Below, one piece after another: positions 32,427-41,857 of a stretch of 64,000 nt of DNA. The notes under the pieces are model-generated. The model was not told the origin of the DNA, made no database searches, and saw only the letters and a list, made by a program, of their open reading frames with translations. This DNA is from an uncultured Gemmatimonadales bacterium (GTDB taxonomy: Bacteria; Gemmatimonadota; Gemmatimonadetes; Longimicrobiales; Longimicrobiaceae). Every line of letters begins with the position of its first letter. Within the stretch, counting starts at the first letter, position 1. Location of the stretch: contig OY970303.1 in assembly GCA_963716255.1 (NCBI GenBank), positions 8,000,001-8,064,000 of the forward strand. Direction: 5' to 3'. Position numbers and translations under genes: made by a program.

Positions 32427-33520
32427 GTGACGCCCGGCGCGGGGAGCCCCGAGGACGCGCGGCACATGCGGCGGGCGCTGGAGCTCGCCGCGCGGGGGTG
32501 GGGGCGGGTCGCGCCCAACCCGCTGGTGGGCGCGGTGGTGGCGAGGGGCGGGGAGGTGGTGGGCGAGGGGTGGCACACCGGGTACGGCCGCCCCCACGCC
32601 GAGGTGGAGGCGCTGCGCGTCGCCGGCGAGGCGGCGCGGGGCGCCACCCTGTACGTGACGCTGGAGCCCTGCGCGCACCACGGAAAGACGCCGCCGTGCA
32701 CCGACGCGATCCTCGCGGCCGGCGTGCGGCGCGTCGTGTTCGCGGCCTCCGACCCCAACCCCAGGGCCGCCGGCGGGTGCGCCGTGCTGGAGACCGCGGG
32801 CGTAGAGGTGGAGCGCGGCGTGGAGATGCGGGCCGCGCTGGACCTCAACGCCCCCTTCTTCCACGGGATCGCCGGGCCCGAGCGCCCCTGGACCGAGCTC
32901 AAGCTCGCCGTATCCCTGGACGGGCGGGTCGCGGACCGCGACGGCCGCTCCGCCTGGATCACCGGCGAGGAGGCCCGGGCCGAGGTCCACCGCATGCGCG
33001 CCGGCTTCGGCGCGGTGGCGGTGGGGATCGGCACCGCGCTCGCCGACGACCCGCGGCTCACCGTGCGCGGCGCGGTGGAGCCGCGCGTCCCCCCCTCCGC
33101 GTCGTCTTCGACCGGCGGCTGCGCCTGCCGCCCGCGGGCGAGCTGGCGCGGACGGCGCGCGAAGTGTCGGTGACCGTCGTCGCCGCCCCGGACGCCCCGG
33201 CCGAGCGCCGCGCCGCGCTGGAGGCGCTGGGCGTGCGCGTGCTCGTGGCCGAGACGCTGTGGGACGGGCTGCGCGAGCTGCGCCGCGCCGGGATCGGCTC
33301 GCTGTTCTGCGAGGGCGGCGCCGTGCTCGGCGGGGCGCTGCTGCGGGCCGAGGTGGTGGACCGGCTGCACCTCTTCCAGGCGCCGCTCTTCCTGGGCCCC
33401 GAGGGGGCCAACCCCTTCGCGGCGCTGGACAGCCCGCCCATCGGCGAGGCGGACCGCTGGCGCCGGCTGCGGACGGAAGCGTTCGGGCCGGACACGTTGG
33501 TGACCCTGGCCAGGGAGTAG
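32427..33520 (+). CDS. ribD: Riboflavin deaminase/reductase RibD with a -1 frameshift in a C7 run (33089-33095)
   Basis: PNPLVG, HAE, TLEPCAHHGKTPPC, SLDG, DDPRLTVR in one frame; LRVVFD..CEGG in the next frame. Confidence 0.88.
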
Positions 33521-33523
33521 CGA

Positions 33524-34177
33524 GTGTTCACGGGGATCGTGGAGGAGGTGGGCACCATCGCCGCGGTGCGCGAGGCCGGCGCCGGGGTGGAGCTCGACGT
33601 GCGCGCCCGGGTCGTGCTGGAGGGGATCGCCCTGGGCGACAGCATCGCCATGGACGGCGTCTGCCTCACCGCCACCGCGTTCGACGCCGGGGGCTACACC
33701 GTGCAGGCGGTGGCCACCACGCTGGGGCGCACCACGCTGGGCGAATTCGCGCCGGGGCGCCGCGTCAACCTGGAGCGCGCCGCCGCGCTCGGCGCGCGGC
33801 TGGGCGGGCACCTGGTGCAGGGGCACGTGGACGGCGTGGGCGAGGTGCGGTCCGTGGTCCCGCGCGGCGAGCTGGTGCTCATCGACTTCACCCTCCCGCG
33901 CGAGGTGGACGAGGTCACCATCCTGCACGGCTCCATCACCCTGAACGGCGTCAGCCTCACCGTCAACGACCTCCCCGCGCCGGGCGTCGCGCAGGTGTCC
34001 ATCATCCCCTTCACCTGGGACCACACCGCCCTCGCCGACCTGCGGCCGGGCGCGCGCGTGAACCTGGAGGGGGACATGATCGGCAAGTACGTCCGGCGGC
34101 TGCTGGACCGCCCCCGCGAGGCCGGAGGCGGCGGGGCGGGTCCGGGCGTGGACCCGGCGGGCGCAGCGGGGTACTAG
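33524..34177 (+). CDS. ribE: Riboflavin synthase alpha chain
   Basis: MFTGIVEE, GVCLT, GGHLVQGHVD, VNLEGD. Confidence 0.95.
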   Translation: MFTGIVEEVGTIAAVREAGAGVELDVRARVVLEGIALGDSIAMDGVCLTATAFDAGGYTVQAVATTLGRTTLGEFAPGRRVNLERAAALGARLGGHLVQGHVDGVGEVRSVVPRGELVLIDFTLPREVDEVTILHGSITLNGVSLTVNDLPAPGVAQVSIIPFTWDHTALADLRPGARVNLEGDMIGKYVRRLLDRPREAGGGGAGPGVDPAGAAGY

Positions 34178-34236
34178 ATGGAAGCCGCCGGGGGACCTAT
34201 CTTCCCGGCGGCAACTTCTTTTTCAGCGGCGAGACC

Positions 34237-35442
34237 ATGGCTTTCGATCGCGTCGAAGACGCTATACAGGACATCCGCGACGGCAGGATGGTGATCGTCG
34301 CGGACGACGAGGACCGCGAGAACGAGGGCGACCTCGTCTGCGCCGCGTCCGCCGTCACCCCCGAGATCATCAACTTCATGGCCGTGCACGGGCGCGGGCT
34401 CGTGTGCGTCGCGCTCACCCAGGAGCGCGCCGACGAGCTGGACCTGCGCCCCATGAGCGAGTTCAACACCGAGGCGCAGGGCACCGCCTTCACGGTGTCC
34501 GTGGACGCCGCCGCAAAGTTCGGCGTGACCACCGGGATCAGCGCCGCGGACCGGGCAAAGACCATCCAGGTGTGCATCGACCCGGAGAGCCGGCCCTCCG
34601 ACCTGCGCCGCCCCGGCCACGTCTTCCCCCTGCGCGCGCGCCCGGGCGGCGTGCTGCGGCGGGTGGGGCAGACCGAGGCCTCCGTGGACCTCGCGCGGCT
34701 CGCCGGGCTTCCCCCCGCGGGCGTGATCTGCGAGATCCTCAACGACGACGGCAGCATGGCGCGGCGCCCCGAGCTGGAGGTGTTCGCGCAGAAGCACGGC
34801 CTCAAGTTCATCACCGTCGCCGACATCGTGGCCCACCGGCTCCAGCGCGAGCGGCTGGTGCGGCGCGAGGCCGAGGCCGTGATCCCCACCCCTCACGGCG
34901 ACTGGAAGATCATCGCCTACCGCAACGAGCTGGACCAGTTCGAGCACGTGGCCATGGTCAAGGGCGACGTGGCCGGCGAGCACGACGTGCTGGTGAGGAT
35001 GCACTCCGAGTGCCTCACCGGCGACGTGTTCCACTCGCTGCGCTGCGACTGCGGCGAGCAGTTGGAAGCCGCCATGCGTGCCATCGACCGCGAGGGGCGG
35101 GGCGCCATCGTCTACCTGCGGCAGGAAGGGCGGGGGATCGGGCTGGTGCACAAGCTGCGGGCTTATGCCCTGCAGGACGAGGGGATGGACACGGTGCAGG
35201 CCAACGAGGCGCTCGGCTTCCGGCCGGACCTGCGCGACTACGGCATCGGCGCGCAGATCCTGCTGGACCTGGGGCTGTCGTCCATCCGCATCCTGACCAA
35301 CAACCCCAAGAAGATCGTGGGGATGGACGGGTACGGGCTTTCCGTGACCGGGCAGGTGTCGCTGCGGGTGGAGCCCAATCCGCACAACGAAGTGTACCTG
35401 GCGACCAAGCGGGACAAGCTGGGGCACATGCTTCCGGTGTGA
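34237..35442 (+). CDS. ribBA: DHBP synthase / GTP cyclohydrolase II
   Basis: DDEDRENEGD, RPGHVFPL, RMHSECLTGD, RCDCG, QEGRGIG, TNNPKK. Confidence 0.96.
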   Translation: MAFDRVEDAIQDIRDGRMVIVADDEDRENEGDLVCAASAVTPEIINFMAVHGRGLVCVALTQERADELDLRPMSEFNTEAQGTAFTVSVDAAAKFGVTTGISAADRAKTIQVCIDPESRPSDLRRPGHVFPLRARPGGVLRRVGQTEASVDLARLAGLPPAGVICEILNDDGSMARRPELEVFAQKHGLKFITVADIVAHRLQRERLVRREAEAVIPTPHGDWKIIAYRNELDQFEHVAMVKGDVAGEHDVLVRMHSECLTGDVFHSLRCDCGEQLEAAMRAIDREGRGAIVYLRQEGRGIGLVHKLRAYALQDEGMDTVQANEALGFRPDLRDYGIGAQILLDLGLSSIRILTNNPKKIVGMDGYGLSVTGQVSLRVEPNPHNEVYLATKRDKLGHMLPV

Positions 35443-35471
35443 TGGCTGGAACGGCTTTGAACGGCGGGCTT

Positions 35472-35604
35472 GGGCGTGTCCCCGGCTGGCGCCGGGGCCG
35501 GGCTTCGGCTCCGTAAGCGAGCAAACAACGCTCGCTAACGGAGTCGAGCCCCGGCGGAAACAGCCCCGCCGGGTCTCGCCCCTTCGGGCCGAAATCCCTC
35601 ACGC
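35472..35604 (+). repeat. ~130-nt structured repeat, copy 3
   Basis: GGGCGTGTCCCC...ATCCCTCACGC; compensatory stem GCGAGC/GCTCGC. Confidence 0.9.
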
Positions 35605-35634
35605 GGGGATCGCGCTGGCGTCGGCGAGGGTGGG

Positions 35635-35684
35635 CCCCCTCACCCCCCGGCCCCCTCTCCCCCGCAAGCGGGGGAAAGGGGGAG
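35635..35684 (+). repeat. REP-like palindrome (CCCCTCACCCC..CCCTCTCCC..GGG type)
   Basis: CCCCCTCACCCCCCGGCCCCCTCTCCCCCGCAAGCGGGGGAAAGGGGGAG; similar copy at 37971-38009. Confidence 0.7.
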
Positions 35685-35910
35685 GACGGCAGGAGGGACG
35701 ACGGGCGGGTGGAGGGCCGACGGGAGGGTGCGGGGGTGGTCGGAGGGAAGAGTCGGGGGTGTGGTGGTGGGCAGGGCATTGACTCTTCCCGGAGACCGCC
35801 CCCGCGCCCGACCTCCACGCACGGAGCCCGGGCAGTTCAGCCCCTCGGACGGACCCCGGAGGGTGGCGAGCCGGGCAAGGGCAGGCTGAAAGACCTTTTC
35901 GGGAGCGAAG

Positions 35911-36384
35911 ATGATCGAGCACTCCGGGATGCTGCGGGGCGAGGGAAGGCGGTTCGGGATCGTCATCGGCAGGTTCAACGAGCTGGTGACGCGGCAGCTG
36001 CTGGTGGGCGCGCGCGACTGCCTGGTGCGCCACGGCGTGGCGGACGACGACATCGAGGCGGTGTGGGTGCCCGGCGCCTTCGAGATCCCCGCGGCGCTGC
36101 GGCGGCTCGCGCGCATGGAGCGCTTCGACGCGCTGATCGCGCTGGGCGCCGTGATCCGCGGCGGGACGCCCCACTTCGACTACGTGGCGGGGCAGGCGGC
36201 GAGCGGCGTGGCCGCGGTGGGCGCGTCCACCGACGTGCCGGTGGTGTTCGGGGTGCTCACCACGGACAGCATCGAGCAGGCGATCGAGCGGGCGGGGACC
36301 AAGGCCGGCAACAAGGGGTGGGACGCGGCGATGACGGCGCTGGAGATGGCCGACCTGTTCGCGCGCCTGGAGGGGCGCCCGTGA
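35911..36384 (+). CDS. ribH: Lumazine synthase
   Basis: [29 protein letters not shown]. Confidence 0.96.
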   Translation: MIEHSGMLRGEGRRFGIVIGRFNELVTRQLLVGARDCLVRHGVADDDIEAVWVPGAFEIPAALRRLARMERFDALIALGAVIRGGTPHFDYVAGQAASGVAAVGASTDVPVVFGVLTTDSIEQAIERAGTKAGNKGWDAAMTALEMADLFARLEGRP

Positions 36385-36818
36385 GGTCGCGCAGCCGGGC
36401 CCGCGGCTGGGCGCTGCAGGCGCTGTACGCCTGGGAGTCGCGTGGCGCCGACCCGGAGGCCGCCGTCCGCACCCTGCAGGACCTGTTCGCCAACCTGCGC
36501 GTGTCGCCGCAGAACCGCCCCTACGCCGAGGTGCTGGTGCGGCTGGTGGCCGTGAACCAGCCGCGCATCGACAAGCTGCTGCAGGACTCGCTCACCAACT
36601 GGCGGCTGAATCGCCTGTCGGTGATCGACCGCAACGTGCTGCGGCTGGGCGTGGCCGAGATGCTGTTCGTGGACGATGTCCCGCCGCGCCTTTCCATCCG
36701 CGAGATGGTGAAGCTGGCGGAGAAGTACAGCACGCACGAGAGCCCGCGCTTCGTCAACGGCGTGCTGGACGCCGTCATGCGCGCCGCCCTCCCGGGGGAG
36801 GCCGCGGGCGAGCGGTGA
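36381..36818 (+). CDS. nusB: Transcription antitermination factor NusB
   Basis: [29 protein letters not shown]; follows ribH. Confidence 0.92.
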   Translation: MRSRSRARGWALQALYAWESRGADPEAAVRTLQDLFANLRVSPQNRPYAEVLVRLVAVNQPRIDKLLQDSLTNWRLNRLSVIDRNVLRLGVAEMLFVDDVPPRLSIREMVKLAEKYSTHESPRFVNGVLDAVMRAALPGEAAGER

Positions 36819-37924
36819 AGCTGCTCGTCGTCAACTGGCAGGACCGGCTCAACCCGCAGGCCGGGGGCGCCGAGATCCACGTCCACGAGACGTTCGGGCG
36901 GCTGGCGGAGCGCGGCCACCGCGTGGCGCTGCTGGTCTCCGGCTTCGCGGGGGCGGCCCAGCGCGAGCGGCTGGACGGGATGGAGGTGCACCGGGTGGGC
37001 GGGCGTCACACCTTCGGGGCGCTGGCGCCCGGCTACTACCGCCGCCACCTGGCCGCGGAGCGCTTCGACGCGGTCGTGGAGGCGCTCAACAAGGTCCCGG
37101 TGTTCTCGCCGCTGTGGGCCGGGCGCCCCGTGGTGCTGCTGGTGCACCACCTGTTCGGCGCCACGGCGTTCCGGGAGGCCTCGCTCCCCCTGGCCACCGC
37201 CACCTGGCTGCTGGAGCGACCCCTGGGCCCCGTGTACCGCCGCGTCCCGGCGCAGGCGATCTCCCGGAGCACGGCGGAGGACCTGGTGGACCGCGGCCTG
37301 CACCCCGGCGAGATCCGGGTGATCTACCCCGGCGTGGACCTGGGCTACTACACGCCGGACGCGGCCGCCGCGAGGCTCCCGGAGCCGACCTTTTTGTACC
37401 TGGGGCGGCTGCGGCGCTACAAGGGGATCCATTTCGTGCTGCGGGCGGTGGCCATGCTGCGCGACCGCGGCACGCACGTGCGGCTGATGGTGGGCGGCAA
37501 GGGCGACCACGAGCCGGAGCTGAAGAAGCTGGCGGCGGAGCTGCGCCTGGAAGACCGCGTGGAATTCCTGGGCTTCGTCAGCGAGGAGCGAAAGCGCGAG
37601 CTCTTCCGGACCGTGTGGGCCAACGTGTTCCCCTCGCCCAAGGAGGGCTGGGGGATCACCAACCTGGAAGCCGCCGCCTGCGGCACCCCCACCGTCGCCA
37701 GCGACTCGCCCGGCCTGCGCGAGTCGGTGCTGGACGGCCGCACCGGCACCCTGGTCCCCCATGGCGACGTCGCCGCGCTGGCCGCCGCGCTGGAAGCGCT
37801 GGCCAGGGATCCCGGACGGGTGGAGGCGCTCGGCCGCGAGGCGCTGGACTTCGCCAGCCAGTTCACCTGGCGGCGCACCGCGGAAGAAACCGAGGCGCAC
37901 CTGCTGGCCGTGACGGCGGAGTAG
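36815..37924 (+). CDS. Glycosyltransferase family 4
   Basis: AGGAE, YLGRL..YKG, EGWGITNLEAAACGTP. Confidence 0.9.
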   Translation: MKLLVVNWQDRLNPQAGGAEIHVHETFGRLAERGHRVALLVSGFAGAAQRERLDGMEVHRVGGRHTFGALAPGYYRRHLAAERFDAVVEALNKVPVFSPLWAGRPVVLLVHHLFGATAFREASLPLATATWLLERPLGPVYRRVPAQAISRSTAEDLVDRGLHPGEIRVIYPGVDLGYYTPDAAAARLPEPTFLYLGRLRRYKGIHFVLRAVAMLRDRGTHVRLMVGGKGDHEPELKKLAAELRLEDRVEFLGFVSEERKRELFRTVWANVFPSPKEGWGITNLEAAACGTPTVASDSPGLRESVLDGRTGTLVPHGDVAALAAALEALARDPGRVEALGREALDFASQFTWRRTAEETEAHLLAVTAE

Positions 37925-37970
37925 GAACGGCAGGGAACAGGGAATAGGGAATAGCCTGCAACGGCGACGG

Positions 37971-38102
37971 CACCCCCCGGCCCCCTCTCCCACAAGGGGA
38001 GAGGTGGAGCACGACATGGCAAAGGCGGGGATCGTCAGTGTGGTTATTCCCCTCTCCCGGAACGGGGGAGGGTGGCGAGCCTCAAGCGAGCCGGGTGGGG
38101 GC
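37971..38102. repeat. Pair of REP-like palindromes
   Basis: CACCCCCCGGCCCCCTCTCCCACAAGGGGAGAGG and CCCTCTCCCGGAACGGGGGAGGGTGGCGAGCCTCAAGCGAGCCGGGTGGGG; the latter recurs inverted at 48110-48162. Confidence 0.7.
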
Positions 38103-38117
38103 CTCCCGCCGTTGCCC

Positions 38118-38244
38118 GCGTGAGGGATGCGAGCGCGGAGCGGCGAGACCCGGCGGCCGTTTGCCGGGGCTCGCCTCCGTTGCAAACGGTTGTATCGTTT
38201 GCTACGGAGCCGCAGCCCGACCCCGCGTCAGCGGGGGCACGCCC
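38118..38244 (-). repeat. ~130-nt structured repeat, copy 4
   Basis: Conserved ends; stem variant GCAAACG/CGTTTGC. Confidence 0.87.
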
Positions 38245-38330
38245 GAACCCGCAGTTCCAGCAGTAAAAGCAGTTGCAGTTCCTGACGAGACCAGAAGGCG
38301 GGATACGATGACCAGGCACGGGAAATCCGC

Positions 38331-39290
38331 ATGCGTCCGTTGACGGTCGAGGAGCTGCTCCGCCTGAAAAGGGACCCGCTCGCCCTGGAGCTGCTCACGG
38401 ACGAGCGCGGACTGAGCCGCACCATCGGCGGACCGGACATCTCCAGCCCCGGCCTGGTGCTCACCGGCTACACCGAGCGCTTCCCGGCGGAGCGCATGCA
38501 GGTGCTGGGCGAGACCGAGGTGGCGTTCCTGGAGTCGCTGGACGAGGAAAGGCGCCGGCAGGCCATCGAGGTGTTCTTTTCCTTCAACCTGCCGGTGGTC
38601 TTCGTCACCAAGGGGCAGATCCCGCCGGAGCCGCTGCTGGCGATCGCCAACGACCGCGGCACCCCGGTGATCCTCACCCACCTCAAGACCGCGGACTTCT
38701 ACTCCCGCATCAAGCCCTTCCTGGAAGACCGCTTCGCCCCCACCACCACCATGCACGGCTCGCTCGCCGACGTGTACGGCGTGGGGCTGCTGTTCGTGGG
38801 GCGCAGCGGGATCGGCAAGAGCGAGACGGTGCTGGACCTGGTGGAGCGCGGGCACCGGCTGGTGGCCGACGACATGGTGATCATCTCCCGCCGCGGAAAC
38901 GAGATCCTGATCGGGCGCGGGCACGAGCTGCAGCGGCACCACATGGAGATCCGGGGGGTAGGCATCATCGACGTGCAGGAGCTCTTCGGCATCCGCGCCA
39001 TCCGCCAGCAGAAGCGGGTCGAGGTGGTGGTTCAGCTGGAGGTGTGGGACGAGAAGGCGCACTACGACCGCACCGGGCTGGAGCCGCAGTCGCTGGACAT
39101 CCTGGGGGTCTCCATCCCCAAGGTGGTGGTGCCGCTGGTGCCGGGAAAGAACATCACCGTCGTGGCCGAGGTGGTCGCCATGAACCACCTCCTCAAGTAC
39201 TCGGGCGTGGACTCCGCGGCGCTGTTCAACCGGCGGCTGCAGGAGCGCATGCAGGTGTCCTCGGATTACCTGGAAGAAGACTATGAGTGA
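38331..39290 (+). CDS. hprK: HPr(Ser) kinase/phosphorylase
   Basis: HGSLADVYGVG, GRSGIGKSE, GHRLVADD, EIRGVGII. Confidence 0.95.
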   Translation: MRPLTVEELLRLKRDPLALELLTDERGLSRTIGGPDISSPGLVLTGYTERFPAERMQVLGETEVAFLESLDEERRRQAIEVFFSFNLPVVFVTKGQIPPEPLLAIANDRGTPVILTHLKTADFYSRIKPFLEDRFAPTTTMHGSLADVYGVGLLFVGRSGIGKSETVLDLVERGHRLVADDMVIISRRGNEILIGRGHELQRHHMEIRGVGIIDVQELFGIRAIRQQKRVEVVVQLEVWDEKAHYDRTGLEPQSLDILGVSIPKVVVPLVPGKNITVVAEVVAMNHLLKYSGVDSAALFNRRLQERMQVSSDYLEEDYE

Positions 39291-39702
39291 AGAGGTCCGC
39301 GGGCTGATCGTGGCGCACTCCAGCCTGGCCGAGGGGATGGTCGCGGCGGTGCGGCAGATCTCGGGGGTGGGGGAGGACGTGCTCCGGCCGCTCACCAACG
39401 AGGGAAAGGGTCCCGAGGGGCTGATGGAGGCGGTCACGCGCGAGCTGGGCGACTCCCCCGCGGTGATCTTCACCGACCTTCCCAGCGGGAGCTGCGCCTT
39501 CGCCGCGCGCAAGCTGTCGCTGTCGCGGCCGGGGACGGGTCTGGTGTGCGGCGTCAACCTCGCCATCCTGCTGGACTTCGTCTTCCACCGCGACATGCCC
39601 CTCCCGCAGCTGGTGGAGCGGCTGGTGGAAAAGGGGCGCGGCGGGATCAACGGCACGTACAAGGAAGGGGTCCCGCATGCCGATCGTGCTCTTTCGCGTT
39701 GA
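39283..39702 (+). CDS. PTS mannose-class EIIA
   Basis: IVAH phospho-His, FTDLPSGS, GVNL. Confidence 0.88.
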   Translation: MSEEVRGLIVAHSSLAEGMVAAVRQISGVGEDVLRPLTNEGKGPEGLMEAVTRELGDSPAVIFTDLPSGSCAFAARKLSLSRPGTGLVCGVNLAILLDFVFHRDMPLPQLVERLVEKGRGGINGTYKEGVPHADRALSR

Positions 39703-40165
39703 CGAGCGCCTGATCCACGGGCAGGTGGTGGTGGGGTGGGGCGGGCCGCTGCACGCGGACCGCATCGTGGTGGTGGACGACGACATCGCGGACAGCGCCT
39801 GGGAGCAGGAGCTGTACTGCCTGGGCGTCCCCCCGGAGATCGAGGCCTCGTTCGTGGGCGTCCCCGAGGCGCGCCGGATGCTGGCCGCGTGGCGCGGCGA
39901 CCCGCGCCGCGTCGTGGTGCTGGTGCGCGGCGTGGCCACGGTGGCGAAGCTGGCGGAGGACGGCGTCCTCCGCGGCGAGGAGGTGAACCTGGGAGGGATC
40001 CACCACGCCGTGGGCCGCGACCGGGTGCTCCCCTACCTGTTCCTTTCCCCCGAGGAGCGGACCGAGCTGCGCGCCCTCGCCGACCAGGGCGGGGTGCGCC
40101 TGTCGGCGCGCGACCTCCCCGGGTCGCGGCGGGTCCCGCTGGACGAGCTCCTGGCGGGCGGGTGA
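39677..40165 (+). CDS. PTS mannose-class EIIB
   Basis: RVDERLIHGQV. Confidence 0.92.
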   Translation: MPIVLFRVDERLIHGQVVVGWGGPLHADRIVVVDDDIADSAWEQELYCLGVPPEIEASFVGVPEARRMLAAWRGDPRRVVVLVRGVATVAKLAEDGVLRGEEVNLGGIHHAVGRDRVLPYLFLSPEERTELRALADQGGVRLSARDLPGSRRVPLDELLAGG

Positions 40166-40166
40166 G

Positions 40167-40838
40167 ATGATCCCGGAGGCCGGCCCTCTCGTCCTCCTCG
40201 CGCTGTTCGGCGGGCTGGTGGCCGTGGACGGCACCTCGCTGGGGCAGCTCATGCTCTCGCGCCCCGTGGTCGCGGCCACGCTGGCGGGGTGGATCGCGGG
40301 CTCCCCGGAGCACGGCGCCCTGCTGGGCCTCATGCTGGAAGCCTTCCAGCTCACCGTCCTCCCCGTGGGGGCGGCCCGCTACCCGGAGGGCGGCCCCGCG
40401 GCGGTCGCCGCGGCCGGCGCCTACGCCGGGACCTCCCACTCCTACTCCGCGCTGCTGGTGGTGCTGATCTTCGCCCTGGCGCTGGAGCGGGTGGGAGGCG
40501 CCAGCGTGGAGCGCCTCCGGCAGCTCAACGTGCGGCTCTGCCCGCCGCCCGGCCGCACCAGCATCCGCTCCGGGCGGCTGGAGCGGCGGCACCTGCTCGC
40601 CCTGGGGGTGGACTTCGCGCGGGGGGTGGCGCTGGCGGGGGCGGGGACGCTGCTCCTGGGGTGGGTGCTCCAGGAGGGCTTCTTCCTCCTCCCCCACGGC
40701 ACCGTGGCGCGGCTCGCGCTGGGCGCGGTGCTGGCCGCCTCGCTGGGGGCGGTGTTCCGGCTCTTCGGGCGCGACCGGCTCCCGCTGCTGGCGGCCGGGG
40801 CCGGCGTGGGCGTCCTCGTGCTGGTGCTCTTCGGGTGA
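40167..40838 (+). CDS. PTS mannose-class EIIC
   Basis: SRPVVAATLAG..G..LE..PVGAARYP; hydrophobic. Confidence 0.85.
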   Translation: MIPEAGPLVLLALFGGLVAVDGTSLGQLMLSRPVVAATLAGWIAGSPEHGALLGLMLEAFQLTVLPVGAARYPEGGPAAVAAAGAYAGTSHSYSALLVVLIFALALERVGGASVERLRQLNVRLCPPPGRTSIRSGRLERRHLLALGVDFARGVALAGAGTLLLGWVLQEGFFLLPHGTVARLALGAVLAASLGAVFRLFGRDRLPLLAAGAGVGVLVLVLFG

Positions 40839-41572
40839 GCGCGCTCACCCCGGGGACCCGCCGCGCGCTCCTGCTGCGGAGCTTCGCCGTGCAGGGGTCC
40901 TGGAACTACCAGACGCTGATCGGCACGGGTTTCGCGTTCGTGCTCCTGCCGGTTCTCCGCCGCCTGCACCGGGGGAACGAGGAGGCGCTGCGCGAAGCGG
41001 TGGCGCGGCACGCCGAGCTGTTCAACAGCCACCCCTACCTGGTGACGGTGGCGGCGGGGGCGGTGGCCCGGCTGGAGGACGACGGCGTGCCGCCGGAAAC
41101 GGTGACGCGCTTCAAGAACGCGCTGCGCGGCTCGCTGGGCGCCATCGGCGACCGGCTGGTGTGGCAGGCGTGGCGCCCCGCCTGCGCCCTGCTCGCCATC
41201 GTCCTGCTGCTGCTGGGCGCCCCATGGTGGGTGGCGGTCCCCGCCTTCCTGCTGGTGTACAACGCGCTCCACCTGTGGCTCCGCGCATGGGGCCTCCGGG
41301 TGGGGCTGCGGGATGGGCTCGCGGTGGGCAAGGCGCTCCGCGAAGCCCCCTTCGATCGCATGGGCGAGCGCGCCTCCGACGCCGGGGCCTTCCTGGCCGG
41401 CCTGGCGGGGATCCTCGCCGTGGGCGACGCCTCGCGCGGGCCCGCGGAGTACGCGCTGGGCGCCGCGGCGCTCGCCGCCGGGCTCTGGCTGGGCCTCCGT
41501 GTCCGCCTGGCGGTGTGGGCGGTCCTGGTGGTGGTCTGGGCCGTCGACACCCTCGTGGTTGCCACCTCTTGA
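40835..41572 (+). CDS. PTS mannose-class EIID
   Basis: QGSWNYQ, FNSHPY, GAIGD, YN motifs. Confidence 0.88.
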   Translation: MSALTPGTRRALLLRSFAVQGSWNYQTLIGTGFAFVLLPVLRRLHRGNEEALREAVARHAELFNSHPYLVTVAAGAVARLEDDGVPPETVTRFKNALRGSLGAIGDRLVWQAWRPACALLAIVLLLLGAPWWVAVPAFLLVYNALHLWLRAWGLRVGLRDGLAVGKALREAPFDRMGERASDAGAFLAGLAGILAVGDASRGPAEYALGAAALAAGLWLGLRVRLAVWAVLVVVWAVDTLVVATS

Positions 41573-41583
41573 ACCAATCCGGG

Positions 41584-41853
41584 ATGGAACACAGCACGCA
41601 GGTCACGATCCTCAACAAGTACGGCCTCCACGCCCGCCCGGCGGCGGAGTTCGTGAAGCTCGCCAACAAGTTCCAGGCCGAGGTGTGGGTGGCCAAGGAC
41701 CAGGTGGAGGTCAACGGAAAGAGCATCATGGGCGTGATGATGCTGGCCGCCGAGCGCGGCTCCGCGGTGGACATCCGCGCCAACGGGGACGACGCCGAGG
41801 CCGCGGTGGCGGCGCTCGCCAGGCTGGTCGCCGACCGCTTCGGCGAGGAGTGA
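41584..41853 (+). CDS. ptsH: Phosphocarrier protein HPr
   Basis: GLHARPA (His15), GKSIMG (Ser46). Confidence 0.95.
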   Translation: MEHSTQVTILNKYGLHARPAAEFVKLANKFQAEVWVAKDQVEVNGKSIMGVMMLAAERGSAVDIRANGDDAEAAVAALARLVADRFGEE

Positions 41854-41857
41854 GCCG

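Noticed and set aside
35760..35910. FMN riboswitch before ribH (or ribD)
   Set aside because: Some pairing (TTCAGCC/GGCTGAA) but no AGGGCGGGGYGAAATTCCC-type RFN core
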